Assembly (NCBI GenBank): GCA_028534125.1
Contig: CM052816.1
Coordinates: forward strand, 78,804,001 to 78,868,000
Source: Lama glama
Lineage: Eukaryota
Direction of reading: 5' to 3'
Length of the DNA: 64,000 bases
The position numbers and the translations under genes were made by a program. How positions within the stretch are numbered: the first letter of the stretch is position 1; each line of letters begins with the position of its first letter. Shown in pieces: positions 10,926 to 24,235 of the stretch. Below the pieces are notes generated by a model. That model was not told the DNA's origin, searched no databases, and was given only the letters and a program-made list of their open reading frames with translations.

Positions 10926-13790
10926 ACACCATCCTTTCCACAGATGCATCTTCTGTTTTAAGAGAAACAAGTGCTGTGCTGTCCAGCACGGGAGACCTTT
11001 ACCCTTGGCAAGTCCTTCTGCCTGTGGCTCCCAGATGAGGCGTTTTACTGATGAAACGGGTTGACAAAGAGATGGAATTTAGAGTAGCCTTCCCCCTTGG
11101 GAGGGAGGAGAATGCATTGCACCCGGCTTCAGGTTTCTGCCTGGAAGTGGCCCCCGCATTGCAGGAAGCTCCTTTCCCTTGCTCCGTTGTCCCCTGAACT
11201 CCAGATTCAGTGGCATTTATTTTTTCCTTGGGTCCTTTCAGTTTCTACTTAATGAGACCGGTGGTTGCCGAGTGTTTGATTGACATTCGGTATATACAGC
11301 TTGTATTCATCTCCCTGAGAAAGGGCATTGCACAATAAAGGATTGCCAGTGGCAACCGTGGTGGCATTTCTGAGAGCCCCAGCAACATTCCCAGCAGCTC
11401 GGCTCCCCGCCCCAGTGGAAGGAAATGCCACCGGCTGACCAGCGGATGGAGGGAGGTGTGACTTCTACAGTAATTAAAATATTCATGTGCAGGGGGACCT
11501 TGAGTTCCTTTCTTGTCACCCACCGGACCTCATTACTTTTTACCCACATACAGTTCTCTTGATTTCCAGGACGCATAAGCCAAGTCTATGCTGGAGGGAA
11601 ATACTTTTGGAGTAAAATCAAACCAGTTGCAAATGAGTTACAACATCTCAATTGCCTTAATAGATCAAACAAAAACTTCACTGTGTGCTGCAGACACCCG
11701 GACTGATCCCCCTGCGTAAAGTCCCCCAGCTACAAAAATGCAAATCTTTGGCCTGCCTATAGCAAGGTCCGGAGCAATGCCCTTGGGGGCTGAGCCAGGA
11801 CGCAGGGACTTGGAATCGAGCTTGCTGAGCGTGTGGCCTGGCCGGGATGGTGTAACCAGCAAGCTAGCTGGAACACGCTCTCCTGCTTCAGGCCAGGGAA
11901 TATCTATGTCAGGCCAGGAGTAAAGAAAATGGGTTTCACTTACTTTGTACCCTGCGTGTTGCCTGGGGAGAGGGTGGACAAGTGAAGTGGGTTTTGTGTT
12001 GGTAGCACTTCGGTTGCTTCAGCAAAGCTCATTACCCATCACCGCGCCTCTTTCCATCACCGGGCCTTCCTCCCTGATTTCTCTTCAGGATAAATGTGCA
12101 GCACCGTAGGCACAGATCTCCTTTTTTCAAGTGGGTCTCAAATAGCTGGATGGTCCTTCAAATTCAGGCTTTAAAAACCATCAGACCTAGTGCTGATTTT
12201 TAGAACAGATTGATAGAACAATAATTCTAATGCAAAATAACAGTTTCATTGATAAAACTGGCCTACCACTTGACATAAAATGAACAACATGTATTCAGAC
12301 TGTGCAATTTGTTAAGTCTACAAATACGTACACACCCACGGAGTCATCATCACAATCAGGGTAAAGAGCATATTCATCTCCTCCAAAATCTTCCTCTTGC
12401 TCCTTTTGTAATTCATCCTTCTCCTCATCTCCTGCCTGCCTTGCACCCCTCACCCTACTCCCCAGACAATCCCAGATCTGCTTTCTCTCATAGTAGATTC
12501 GTTTTCTTCTTCTAGAAAAGTATATAAATCATATGTATGTACTTTTGGGGGCCTGGCTTCTTCACTCAGCATAATTATTTTGAGATTCACCTGTGTCGAG
12601 TGAACTTTATTAGTTTGTATCTTTCAAACAATGGGTCCATTTTATTTAAGTTGTTAAATTTATTGGCATAAAGTTGCTCATAATTTTGTTTTTATTCTTT
12701 TAATGTCTGTAAAATTTAAGGTGCAGTCACCTGTGTTATTCCTAATATTATTAATTTTTGTTTTCTCTGTTGTTCCTCCCCCTGCCCTGATTATTCTGCA
12801 TACAATGTTCTTTAGTTTTGTTGATCTCAGGCAAGCAGCTTTTGGTTTCATTGATTTCTCTATTGTTTTTCTGTTTTCTATTCATTAACTTTTGCTCTGA
12901 TATTTATTACTTCTTTCCTTCTGCTTTATTTTAATTCCTTGGTTTAATTTGCTTTTCTTTTAAAAATTTCTTATGGTGGAAGCTGAAGTCATAAATTTGA
13001 GAACTTCTTCCTAATATGGGTAGTTACTGCTATCTATTTATCTCTAAGTACTGCTTTACTGCATTCCACACATTTTGATGTGTTTTTTTTGTTTTGTTTT
13101 GTTTTTAATTTAAAAATTTAATTTCTTTCTGTTTTTTTTTTTTGCCCCTGGGTTATTTAGAATTGTAGTACTTAATACATCTTAAATATATGTGTTTTCT
13201 TGTCAATTATACCTAAATAAAGCTGTCCAAAAGTGTATATTACTTGCTTTCCAAATATTTGGGGATTTTCTAGCTATCTGTTATTAATTTCTAATTTAAT
13301 TCCACTGTGGTCAGAGAAATACTTTGCATGATATGAATCCTCTTAAATTGACCCAGATTTGTTTTATTGCTCAGAATAGGTCTATGTTCTTTATGCACTT
13401 GAAAAGAATGTATATTCTGTTGTTGTGTAGAGTGTTCTAGAAATACCAATTAGGTCAAGCTGATAAATAGTATTTACGATGTCTATATCTTAACTGATTT
13501 CCTGTCAGTTATTAAAAAATAGACATTGGAATCTGCACATATGATTATGGATTTGGAAAATTTTTTCTGAAGTCCTATCAGTTTTTGTTTCATGCGTTTT
13601 TGAAGTTCTGTTACTAGATACATATGTTTTTGGAATTGTCATGTCCTCTAGATGAACTGACTTCTTTATCATTATGCAATGAACTTCTCTGTCCTTGGCA
13701 GTAGTCTTTATTCTGAAACTAGTGTCTGATATTAAAATAGCCATACTAGCTTTATTTTGATTAGGGTTACAGAGTATATCTTTGCCCATC

Positions 13791-14310
13791 TGTATTAGTT
13801 TCCTATTGCTGCTGTAACAAATTACCACACATTTTGCATCTTAAAATAATACAGATTTACCTTACGGTTCTAGAGATTAGAAGTCCAAAATCAGTCTGGG
13901 CTAAAATCTTTTTTAAATTTTAAAAACGACTGGGCTAAAGTCAGGGCGTCATCAGGGTTGGTTCCTTCTGGAGGCTCTAGGGGAGAAGTCTTTACATTGC
14001 CTTTTCTTGCTTCTCTAGTTCATGGCCTCTTCCTCCACCCTTAAATTCAACAGCATAGGATCATTACAGCCCCTTAGGTATCTATGATTCCATTGTCGCA
14101 CAGCTTTCTCTGACTCTGACCCTCCTACTTCTCTCTTATGAGGTCCTTGTGATAACATTGGGTCCACCTGGATAATCTCCCCATCTCAAGATCCTTAACT
14201 TAATCACATCTGCAAGATCCCTTTTGGCATGTAAAGTAACGTATTTCCAGTTTCTAGGGATTAGGACATGGATATCTTTGGGTGGGGGGAGCATTATTCA
14301 GCCTACTATA
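13791..14310 (-). mobile_element. MaLR solo LTR (MLT1C-like)
   Basis: tgtattagtttcctattgctgctgtaacaaattaccac...cattattcagcctactata; perfect 5-bp TSD CCATC at 13786-13790 and 14311-14315. Confidence 0.93.
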
Positions 14311-14443
14311 CCATCTTCTCACATTTAACCCATTTTTTCCTTACATTCAGTACGACTGTTGATATAATTGGGTTTAAATCTTCCCTTTGCTTTGTGCTTG
14401 CTGTTTGTTTCGTCTATTCTTTGTTCTCTTTTTCTTCTTTTTC

Positions 14444-14793
14444 CCCTTAGTCCGTTTGGGCTGCTATAAAAAAACACCACAGATTGGGTAGCTTATAAAC
14501 AACAGAAATTTGTTTTTCATGGTTCTGGAGGCTGGAAGTCTGAAATCAGGGTGCCTGGATGGTCCAGTGAAGGTCCTCTTCCCAGCTGTAGACTTCTTGT
14601 TGCATCCTCATGCAGTAGAAGTGGATGGGGATATCTCTGGAGTCTCCACTTCTGTAAAAGCACTAATCCCATTGGTGGTGAGGGATTTTTCATGACCTCA
14701 TCACTTCTCAAAGGCCCCACCTCCTGATGCCATCAACTTGGGCATTGGGATTTCAACACAGGAATTTGCCGAGGATTCATTCAGACCATAGCA
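14444..14793 (-). mobile_element. MaLR solo LTR (MLT1A0-like)
   Basis: cttagtccgtttgggctgctataa...ttctggaggctggaagtc...cattcagaccatagca. Confidence 0.92.
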
Positions 14794-16673
14794 TACCTTT
14801 CTTTTGGATTAAGTACTTTTTTATGATTCTATTTTATCTCTAGTTTCAGGTAATTAGTCATAAATCTGTTGTATTTTGTAGTGGTTGCTTTGTGGTTTAG
14901 AGCTAACATTTTTAACTTACCACAATATACATTCATGTGATATTATACCGCTTCATATCAATATTAGAATGTCTCCGTTTCTTCCTTCTGACCTTTGTGC
15001 TATTGTTGTTCTAAATTTTACTTTTATATACATTATAAACTTCACAACACGTTTTTTTCTTTACAGTTGATTATCATTAAGAGATTTAAATAATAAGGGA
15101 AAACATTTATATTTACATAGTTAGACTTTCTGGTGCTCTTTATTTATGTCCATGTGTATATTGAGATTTCCATCTGGTACAATTTTCTATCTGCCTGAAG
15201 TACTTCATTTGATATTTCTCATAGTGAATGTCTGCTGGTAATGTACTAATTCAGGTTTTGTATCTCTGAAAAAAATCCTTATTTTAGATTTTTTAAAAAG
15301 ATGTTTTTGCCATGTATAGAATTCTGTTTCAGTACTTTAATATGTTGCTCTAGACCCTTTTGACTTGCATTTGTTTCACTAGAAGTCTGCTGTAATTCTT
15401 ATCTTTATTTTTTTGCACATAATGACCTTGTTTTGTCCATAAGTTTGTAAAGGTCACACAATGACCTTTCTACATGTTTAAGATTCTCTCTTTATCATCG
15501 GTTTTATGCAGTCTCATTATGATGTACTTTGGTTAGTTTCTTATACTTGGATTTTGTTGAATTTCTTAGATCTGTGAGTTTACAGTTTTCATTAAATTTC
15601 TGACCATTATTTTTTATTATTATAGATTATTATTTCCTCTTCCTACCTCAGAAACTCTCACTCCACATATATCAGGCCACTTGAAGTTGTCCCATGTCTC
15701 ACTGATGCTCTATTCATGGTTTTTTCAGTCTTTTTTCTATTATAGTGTCATTGTGAATAGTTTCTACTATAGTGTCACAAAGTTTACTAATATAACAGTG
15801 CGATCCTCTTGGGTCTTGCTTTACATTTTGTTAGGCAGGACCAGAACAGTTTTTAGTAAAACCCTTGAATATGTGCTACCTGAAAACCATGACTTATGAG
15901 GTTTTCTCCCCTGGTTCGTGGAACCAGGAGCTGTGTTTTGGCATTGTGTGATCTTTGAGTATTGTTTCCTCTAATCTCGTTGGGTGTTCCCCCCTGCCTT
16001 GAGTCATTTCCTCACACACAAATACTGCTCAGCACTCAACTAAAGACCTGGTGGACCGTCTGCAGGTATTCAGAGCTCTCCATGAAGCCTTGCTCTTCCC
16101 AGTTTTCTCCTGTGTGAGCTGTACCCACGGTGGCCTCCTTAGACCCTCAGCTCCAGCTCCTCAACTTGGGGACAATGCCAGCTCCACCTCCATTTTTCAT
16201 TCCTGTTCCACATTCTGGAAACTTTCTCTAGGCAATAAGCTGTGAAAACTGTAGGATTCACTTTGTTTTTCATCTTCTGGTGTTCATTGTCTGTGTTCAT
16301 GTCCTGGAAACCGATGTTTCATATATTTTGTCTGAAGTTATTAGTCATTTCAGGTGGAAAAGTACTTTTGGTCCATATCACTTCATCTTAGCTCACAGTG
16401 GAAGTTCTACAATCCTTTACTTAAATTTTTTTTTAAAACTCACTGCTTATTTAAGTAGGAACTCCACTATTACGTTTGAAGTGTTTGTGCATTTCCTTCC
16501 TTAGGGGACTTGATAGAGACTGATGGCTAGAACCTGTGAGCAAAAATAAAAGGTGCCATTTCCCAAAATGCAAATGAAGCACCTCTGAAAAAAGAATGGA
16601 AGTTAACTGGAAATTAGAGTCCTGTTTATAAAAATTAATGTTCTAACCTGTACTTATAAGCCTATTATGTAAA

Positions 16674-17184
16674 TGTTGAGAGATAATGATCCAATTCTTA
16701 TGTTTCTGACTAACTGACTTTTGTTTATTTACTAACTAACCTTTGTTTTTTTTTACTAACTAACCTTTGTGTTTTACTATCTTCTCCAAAGTCTATATAG
16801 CAAACAGCTTGGAAGATAGAGATAATATCTCCTTCTAGAGCAGAAGACAAGTTTGTGTATGGTCTCATATAAGAAAGATGTCTTCCGTTGGAGCCAAGTC
16901 TAGGTAGGTTTGCTTGTTGGCCATGATAGAAGATTCAGTTTCCCTAAACTTTCCTGTAAAGCAATCCACTGCATGTGCTGGTGTCACTTGGCCCTCTTCT
17001 CATTGCCATGTGGGGATGTGGGCTTGGAGAACCGACACAGATACTCTGATGTTTCTGCTGTTTGCTGTGCCATGAGTAAGAAAATCTCTTTTCTCTCTTC
17101 TGGCAGCATCCATGAAACTGTGGCAGGCTAATCTTGCTTGCTTGCAAGGAGTGTAAAATATCAGATCCTTCACAGTTTTTGGCA
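16674..17184 (+). mobile_element. ERVL solo LTR (MER76-like)
   Basis: tgttgagaga...cttggaagatagagata...ccttcacagtttttggca; perfect 5-bp TSD GTAAA at 16669-16673 and 17185-17189. Confidence 0.88.
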
Positions 17185-17409
17185 GTAAAACAGGGTACAT
17201 TTACCTAAGCTGCAGGCATTTTGACGATGCTTCCTTATACCAGCAGGACCCAAACTTATAGAAAGTAGCAGGGATGGAGGGGCCCATGGAGGGGCGGAGA
17301 ATGGGAGGACTTAGAGTGAGTGGCAACTGTGGTATGACCACCTTCTGTGATTCCTAAGGAAGTAAAGCAGTGTACAAACACCAGGTGGTGTTCCTGTACT
17401 GTACGTAAA

Positions 17410-17510
17410 AGGGATTTGGGGATATTCAATCTGAAGAAGCAAAGATGTGGCAAGGTAAGATCTTCATCTTCAACAATTTAAAGGGCTTTGAAATAGAAGG
17501 TAGACATCTG
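17410..17510 (+). mobile_element. CR1/L3 LINE ORF2 C-terminal remnant
   Basis: Translates LGIFNLKKQR.../IFNNLKGFEIEG, similar to CR1 LGLFSLEKRRLRGD..VFKYLKG. Confidence 0.6.
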
Positions 17511-17799
17511 TGGTGTGGAGGGCTTGCAAGACCTAATTCTCTTTCCAGTCTCGTATGGGTTCTGCGCATGCAGTCAAATGTGACCCACAGGTGGTAGGAA
17601 AGGAACTGCTGTCAAGGACAGATCTCATGTGCATCTCACCAACGGCTGTTCTGCCTTGGATAAGAAAAACAAAATACACAAGTGCAAATGGCACAATCCC
17701 TCAAACTGGGCAATGGACCAAAGAGGGAAATCTAGGGCCTGTCTGGGTGCCCTGTGTGTAACCTCTCTGGTCTTAACCTCGGAATATCAGACCTCTCAC

Positions 17800-18098
17800 A
17801 CCATTTCGACAGGTAAGACGAACCTGTGGATTAGCCCCATCTCCCTACCCAGCAGTCCTTAATCAACGACTGGTGAAAGTTGGGGTATAAATCCTTCAGC
17901 TCCCTCAAGTCTTGGGTTTGGTAACCTCCAGGCACATGTTCTGACTCCTTTTCCCCCAAGAGGTCTATACTTGAGTTATTCCCAGCAGAAATGGGCTCTA
18001 TCATGCACTGTTCATTCTCTGCCTTCTCTTTCCTGGGGTCGCCTCCCCACCCCCAAAACCTTGAATCCTTGTATCAGGATCTGCAACCAATCTAAGCA
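17800..18098 (+). mobile_element. LTR16-like (ERVL) fragment
   Basis: agttggggtataaatccttcagctccctc...cttgaatccttgtatcaggatctgc. Confidence 0.6.
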
Positions 18099-18854
18099 GG
18101 AAAAGGGATACAATAGGGACACAATGAAAAATCACATCTGAGGTACTGTCCCATTAAAATCAGAGCATCAGAAAGAAAGCTGAGAATCCCCTCTGGGGCT
18201 AAACTTTAATGCGGTTACTGGCAAGGAGAATGGGTTTTTCAGATATTCCTTAGGACAGAGATATGAGACTTTTGAAGGAGAAAAATGCCCTGAAAATCAT
18301 GGTGTAATGCTGCTCAGGAACATAAAACAGATGTCTTTAATACCCTATCAGAGAGGCTGGGAGCCCAGAGGGCTTTGATAGTTCCAGCCTTGCTTTATTT
18401 GCTGGCAAGATATTTCAGATTTGCCAGAGCTCCTGGGGTTACCATAGTATTTGTAAACAAAACTCTGCGGTCAACAGACTCCGGGGTGGTACAACAATAC
18501 TAAGGGAAGTTTAGGGGAGGCAGGGTACTCTTGCTGGGAAAATTGTGGAAAATGACATCTTGAAAAGGTCACAGAACACAAAGCAATGGAATGGGCTGCC
18601 TTGCTGATGGAGATCAGCCACTCAACTGACTCAGTTCTCTCCCTTCCTGCTGCTTCCAGCACCCCCTTCCCTGCAGGGTTTACCACTCCCCCCTAACAGC
18701 GGGAAAGAAGTCAAAGTCATATGAGAAAATGTCCCAGGTGCCCGAGGGATGTGGCCAGAGGGTTAACTCCCTCTGGGTTCTCTGAAAATAAAGGTCGTGA
18801 AGCCTTCTGCTAAGTCATTCAGAACTGCCTGCTCTTCTCTCTCTGCTAGGATGA

Positions 18855-19290
18855 ATTCCACAAACAGCTATTGTACACCTACAAAATGCAGAGCTCATTG
18901 CCAGACACTGCAGATTATAAAGATGATTAAGATATAGCTTTTGTCTTCGGGAGGTCACTGTCCAGGGAGGCAGAAGAAGGTGGGGGCAATGGCAGCAGCA
19001 CCAGGCCGTGCAGGGGAGGTTCAGCAGAGGGAGTGGGTAACTGGGGCAGTTCGGCCTTCCTTGAAGGGCAGGGTGGGCTAATTATAATAGTATTTCTTGA
19101 GCATTTACTTTGTGCCAGGCACCATTCTAAGAACATGCATGTATTAGCTAATAAACAAATGCCTGAAACAAATACTGTACTATCCCGAGACAGTAAACTG
19201 AGAAGTTAAGTAACTTGTTTAACTTCTTAGCTTGGTCACGCAGCCAGGATTCAACGCCTCAGCGCATACAGTCTTAATGAGTGTACAGTG
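18855..19290 (-). mobile_element. L2 3' fragment (~18855-18965) and MIR (~19080-19290)
   Basis: ttgagcatttactttgtgccaggcacc, aagttaagtaacttg, ccaggattcaac. Confidence 0.7.
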
Positions 19291-19898
19291 CTGCAGGAAA
19301 CCATTTCCAGTAGGCTGCTCCAGGGCTAAGAATATGAAAAATAGGTGTGGATTAGTGATCTTTAATGTGTCTTACAGGTGCTCCAGTAGAGTGTAGACTA
19401 GAGTCCCAGATGTGAGATTGGGTTTCCCATGGAGAAGCATCCAGAGACATCAGAGTCTCAAAAAAAAAAAATGACCACAAAGCTCCTATTTCAGGTAACT
19501 GTGCTTCTAAAGTTTGTTTACAAGTCCCCCTCTTCTAAATATGATGACAAGGGTTCAGGCAGGTCCCAGAGGTTTATGCATTGAAATGCAAATGACACAG
19601 AATCCTAAGAGTTTAAAGAGTCCTGACTTTAGTCCACCAGGCTTCACAGAGTCAGCTCATTGTCTTGATCTTGAAAATGGAGAGATTTGAGGGTTTGGGA
19701 GCAGAAAAGCCTTAAACAGGACATGGGATCCCAGGGCTGGCCTGAGGCGGAGCTGGCAAGAAGCCATTTTGCAGAAGAAAGGATGAGTGTATATTTAATC
19801 CAGAATGAGCATTTTGGCAATGGAGAGATTGGGTGACTCCCAGCAAGAGGCACCTTGACCAGAGTATGTAGACATGATTGAAGGAAAAAATGGACATC

Positions 19899-19946
19899 CA
19901 AACCTAAATGTCCATCAACAGATGACTGGATAAAGAAGATGTGGTG

Positions 19947-19992
<46 letters not shown>

Positions 19993-20445
19993 GGAATACT
20001 ACTCAGCCATAAAGAGTATGAAGTAATACCATTTGCAACAACTTGGATGGACTTAGAGATTATCATATTAAGTGAAGTAAGTCAGAGAAGAACAGATATC
20101 ATGTGCTATCACTTAAATGTGGAACCTGGAAAAAATGACACAATTGAACTTATTTACAAAACAGAATCAGACTTGCAGACATAGAAACAAACTTATGGTT
20201 ACCAAAGGGGAATGGGGTAGGGAGGGATAAATTGGGAGTTCAGGATTAGCAGATACAAACTACTATATACAGAACAGATAAACAACAAGGACCTGCTGTT
20301 TAGCATAGGGAACTATATTCAATAAGTTTTAATAACCTATAATGACAAGGAATATGAAAAATAATATATGTGTATAATTGAATCACTATGCTGTACATCA
20401 GAAACTAACATAACATTGTAAATCAACTACAATTAAAAAAAAATT
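19899..20445 (+). mobile_element. L1 3' end (ORF2 tail and 3'UTR)
   Basis: aacctaaatgtccatcaacagatgactggataaagaagatgtgg; reads IPFATTWMDLEIIILSEVSQ; A-tail. Confidence 0.95.
19950..19990. repeat. (CA)n microsatellite
   Basis: About 20 perfect CA units. Confidence 0.98.
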
Positions 20446-23036
20446 TTTTTTTAAATGGGTTTCCAGCAGGTAGGTGGTGAGGAATGTGACTCGGCAGGCT
20501 TTGATTTTAACAAGGAGACCTGGGTCAGGGTGAGAAAGGGTCTTCTCCTTCAGGATCAAGATGGAGCTAAAGGAATGACCTCAGCCTTGGCTGGCAGCAG
20601 TGGGACAGTGGCCATGAGGGTCAGGACCTCCAGCAGGGGCCTGTGGACCTGCAGAAAGAAGGCAGATGGGGAGTGCCTGAAAGGACCTGTTTAAAGCATT
20701 CTTTAAACTGAAGCCAGGCTACTAAGTGACGAGCCACTGCACTCAGCCATCCTCACCACGAAATTCTCTCACACTGTAACAATTTGTTTGGAACCCTGAG
20801 CCGACAGTGTGTGCTGGTCTTAAACATGCCAGATCCCTAAGGGAGAGGGAGAGAGGAGAGAGAGGAAAATTAGCCCTCGGCACGCTCATCAATGGAGAAT
20901 CCCTTCTAACCACCTTCCTTCCCTCCTTTAATTAAAAAATAATAATAAATACCTGTAGTCTAAAGGGTGAGAGAGGTCTATACAAGTTTTTAGAAAAACA
21001 GCAAATTGTATAATAGGACTGTCCTGGGAGGAGCTTTGGGGGTGTGAGCTTAAAATACAGACTTTCAGCCAATCCTGTTGATTTCAGCTACCCTGCTTGG
21101 CACCTGCTTCTAAAGGTGCCTCGTGCTGTTAGTTTCTAAACCTTTTGAAGATATCTTGATGCAAATCAAACTGGTTCTCAGCTTTCCGGCTTAGGGAATG
21201 CATTTATATATTTTTCACTTTTTGAAATTTTGCTCTTAGTTTTTCCTTTCATGGACTACCAGCTTTTTAGATTTATGTCTCAAGAAAATAATCTCTTTGC
21301 TGGCATATTTAGTGGTGTTTTGGGAGAGAAAGAAAGTAGATGGCTGTATTCAGTCTACAGATTTTACAAGAACTCACTTTTCTCATTTAAAAAAATTATC
21401 TTTAATTGGTGACTAGGAAAGATTAACAGTAGGAGCCAATGTAAGTGGGATATCTGTTTAGTGGAGAGTCTCTCTAGTTGGTCAGTCAGTCTGTCATTCG
21501 GTCAGTCAGTTTGCCCATCAGTGTCTTAGAAAGGCCAGGTCCTTAGGCTCAGGGATTCCTCACCTAAGCTGGTCATAACACCTTTAGTTGATCCTAGTTT
21601 CTAAAGAGATGTTAAAAATAACTTTTTTTTTAAAAGAGATATTAACGCAAATGGGAGGTGGGAGTGCAGAAATAAGATTATTCCTTCATCTTTTGGGAAC
21701 AAATAGTGAACCCCCAGGCCCTCCTCTATTTTGAAGGAAGTTTTAACCTACTGTTTTCTGAATCTGTATCTTAAGATTCTTATCATCAAGGGAGAAAGTT
21801 GCAGGACCTCCGGTATGCAGAGTAACAGGGTAACACTCTCCGTTGGATAGATGCCTCTAGCTCAGAGCAGAGGCCCAGTGAGAGCCCTCCCACCTGCTTT
21901 CCCACAGGGATAAACTGACTATGACTTAGGGAAAAGCCAATGAGAGGTGACAAGAAATTAGCAGCCTTTTCTTCATTACCCAGGAGAAGGCAGAAATTCT
22001 AGTTTGTGTGTTAACAGGAACTTAAGAAGTATATGCCCCTACCCTTCACATTCTCTATAACTGATGGCTTCTTGATTAGGGACACAAATGCACTCAGGCA
22101 AGGGCTACTTCATGTGCCCACGACATCCTCATTCAACGTGGGCCCTGGGTGATGGATGAGTCTGCAGACTCTGTGGGCCTGGATCCCAGATGGCAGCAGG
22201 GAGGAAGCTGAGAGGATGGGGGCCAAAGGAAAACCCTCGCGGCTTCCCAGGTGTGTTGACAGCTGGTGGGCCCTTGTAGACACCCACGGTGCCAGGGCAG
22301 GAGAGCTCTTCCTGGGGGCAGTGGCACGTTTGCGTTGACTCGCAGCTTAGAGGGAAGGGAACCTGCAGAGGCGGCCCTAGGGAGGCAGCTTCTCCGGATG
22401 CTTGTCTCGGCATCTCATGCCATGTGCCCCACTTCACAGCTTTCACTGCCAAGACTTGGCACAGCTGAGGATTGTCCCTTCTCAGAATTAGTCAGTCGTC
22501 CCAGAGGCCGCCAGGAAGTTCAACAAGAGTGTTCCGTCCAGGCATGAGAGCTGGAGCCGTAACACCAGCACTGACCCTCACTTTCTGGGCCCATGTCAGA
22601 GGTGGGGCAGCATTTCCTGTGGTGCAGCAGGCTTGGCAATCAACTTAGGGTGCTAGTTGAAAGTGAAAACCCCAGGGCTCACCCTAGATTTCCCAAATCA
22701 AAATTTCTTGAGTTGGAGCAGGAGTGCCTGGTCGTCTTCACTTTAAAAAAAACAAGGTTCTCCCATCCTGCACTGGTGGTGGGAATATGAACTGGTGCAG
22801 CCAGTAAGGAGAAGTCTGGAGGTTCCTTAAAGAACTGAAAATAGAGTTGCCATATGATCTAGCAAACCCACTCCTGGGCATATGTCTGGAAAAGAAAAAA
22901 ACTCTGATTTGAAAAGGTACATGCACCCTCATGGTCACAGCAGCATTATTTATAATAGTCAAGATATGGAAGCAACCTAAAAGTCCATCAACAGATGACT
23001 GGATAAAGATGTGGTGTATATGTATGTATATATATG

Positions 23037-23039
<3 letters not shown>

Positions 23040-23072
<33 letters not shown>
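23040..23072. repeat. (CA)n microsatellite
   Basis: Direct reading. Confidence 0.97.
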
Positions 23073-23074
<2 letters not shown>

Positions 23075-23460
23075 TATACATACACAGTGTAATGCTACTC
23101 AGCCATAAGAAGAATGAAATAATGCCATTTGCAGCAACGTGTATAGACCTAGAGATGATCATACTAAGTGAACTCAGACAGAGAAAGACAATATTCTGTG
23201 ATCTCACTTATATGTAGAATCTAAAAAATAATACAATTGAATTTATTTACAAAACACACAGACTCACAGACAGAAAGTAAACTTATGGTTACCAAAGGAG
23301 AAGGGGGAGGGATAAATTAGGAGTTTGGGATTAACGTATGCACACTACTGTATATAAAATAGATAAACAACAAGGATTTACCATATGGCACAGGGAACTA
23401 TATTTAATATCTTGTAATAACCTATAACAGAGAATAATCTGAAAAAGAATATATATATAA

Positions 23461-23462
<2 letters not shown>

Positions 23463-23528
<66 letters not shown>
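23463..23528. repeat. Compound (TA)n(CA)n microsatellite
   Basis: Direct reading. Confidence 0.97.
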
Positions 23529-24149
23529 TTAAATTAAAAAAAAATAACCCAAGGTTCTCAGTTAATTCTTATACACATTACACATTAAACATTTGAGAAA
23601 CTTTGGGCAGTGTTTCCCAACTTCCCAGTGATAAGATTCATCTACTTTCTAGGCATCTTCCCCTAAGATTTGATTCAAAGAATCTGAGATGGAGTTTGGG
23701 AATTTGTATTTTTAGCAGGTATCCCAGATGATCCTTATCTTCACGGGGCTCAGAGAACTTCTGCCCTAGGCTAACGGGTGGTGGGTATGGAGAGGCCGGC
23801 CCAGGGCTTCTCTACTTGGTTTCCCTCAGAATTACCTGAGGAGTTTTAAGAAGTTTGTAAACCTAGTGCACTTGTGATGACTTCGATTTAGTTGGCTCCT
23901 ATGCAGATAATTACAATTATTATGCACACATCTGGACTAGAAGCACCACCAAGCCTTCCTTCGAGCTGTTTGGAGAGTTTAGCTTTGACGGCTGAACTGC
24001 AAGCATTTGAAAATAGCTTCTTTTCTCTTCCCGAGCCGGACTCCGCCTGAGAAACAAAGACGACAGTTTCACGTCATTTTACAACTGCCATAGCACTTCT
24101 GCCTGTTTATCTAATTTGAGTGTCACAGTGTAGGGTTGTGAGGTGGATG

Positions 24150-24235
24150 CTTTCATACTGTCACTTTATGAATGAGGAGCTTGAGGCTCAGAGAGGCTCA
24201 GTAACCTGCCCAAGGTCCCACAGCCCGTCTGTGGG
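24150..24235 (-). mobile_element. MIR core
   Basis: atgaggagcttgaggctcagagaggctcagtaacctgcccaaggtcccacagc. Confidence 0.85.

Larger units (their letters stand above)
12230..16390 (-). mobile_element. Long old L1M fragments (3'UTR piece, ORF2, ORF1 and 5' region) hosting two MLT1 LTRs
   Basis: Continuous antisense L1 motifs, e.g. ctggcttcttcactcagcataattattttgagattca, aattccactgtggtcagaga, ctgatattaaaatagccatactagcttt. Confidence 0.85.
22763..23545 (+). mobile_element. 5'-truncated L1 (ORF2 C-terminus and 3'UTR)
   Basis: cactggtggtgggaatatgaactggtgcagcc...; TSD caaggttctc at 22753-22762 and 23550-23559, A-rich upstream. Confidence 0.95.
22630..23945. mobile_element. Cluster of MER5-type hAT-Charlie MITEs; the first is split by an L1
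   Basis: ccccagggctcaccctagatttcccaaatcaaaat...; cagtgtttcccaactt...gaatttgtatttttagcaggtatcccagatgatcctt. Confidence 0.7.

Noticed and set aside
16715..16780. Repeated tactaactaacctttg units (branch-point or CRISPR-like appearance)
   Set aside because: Simple slippage duplication inside a MER76-like LTR; no spacers, and the context is eukaryotic.
19644..23528. ORFs with CVCVCV, HTHTHT or YIYIYI runs
   Set aside because: Dinucleotide microsatellites inside L1 3' ends.
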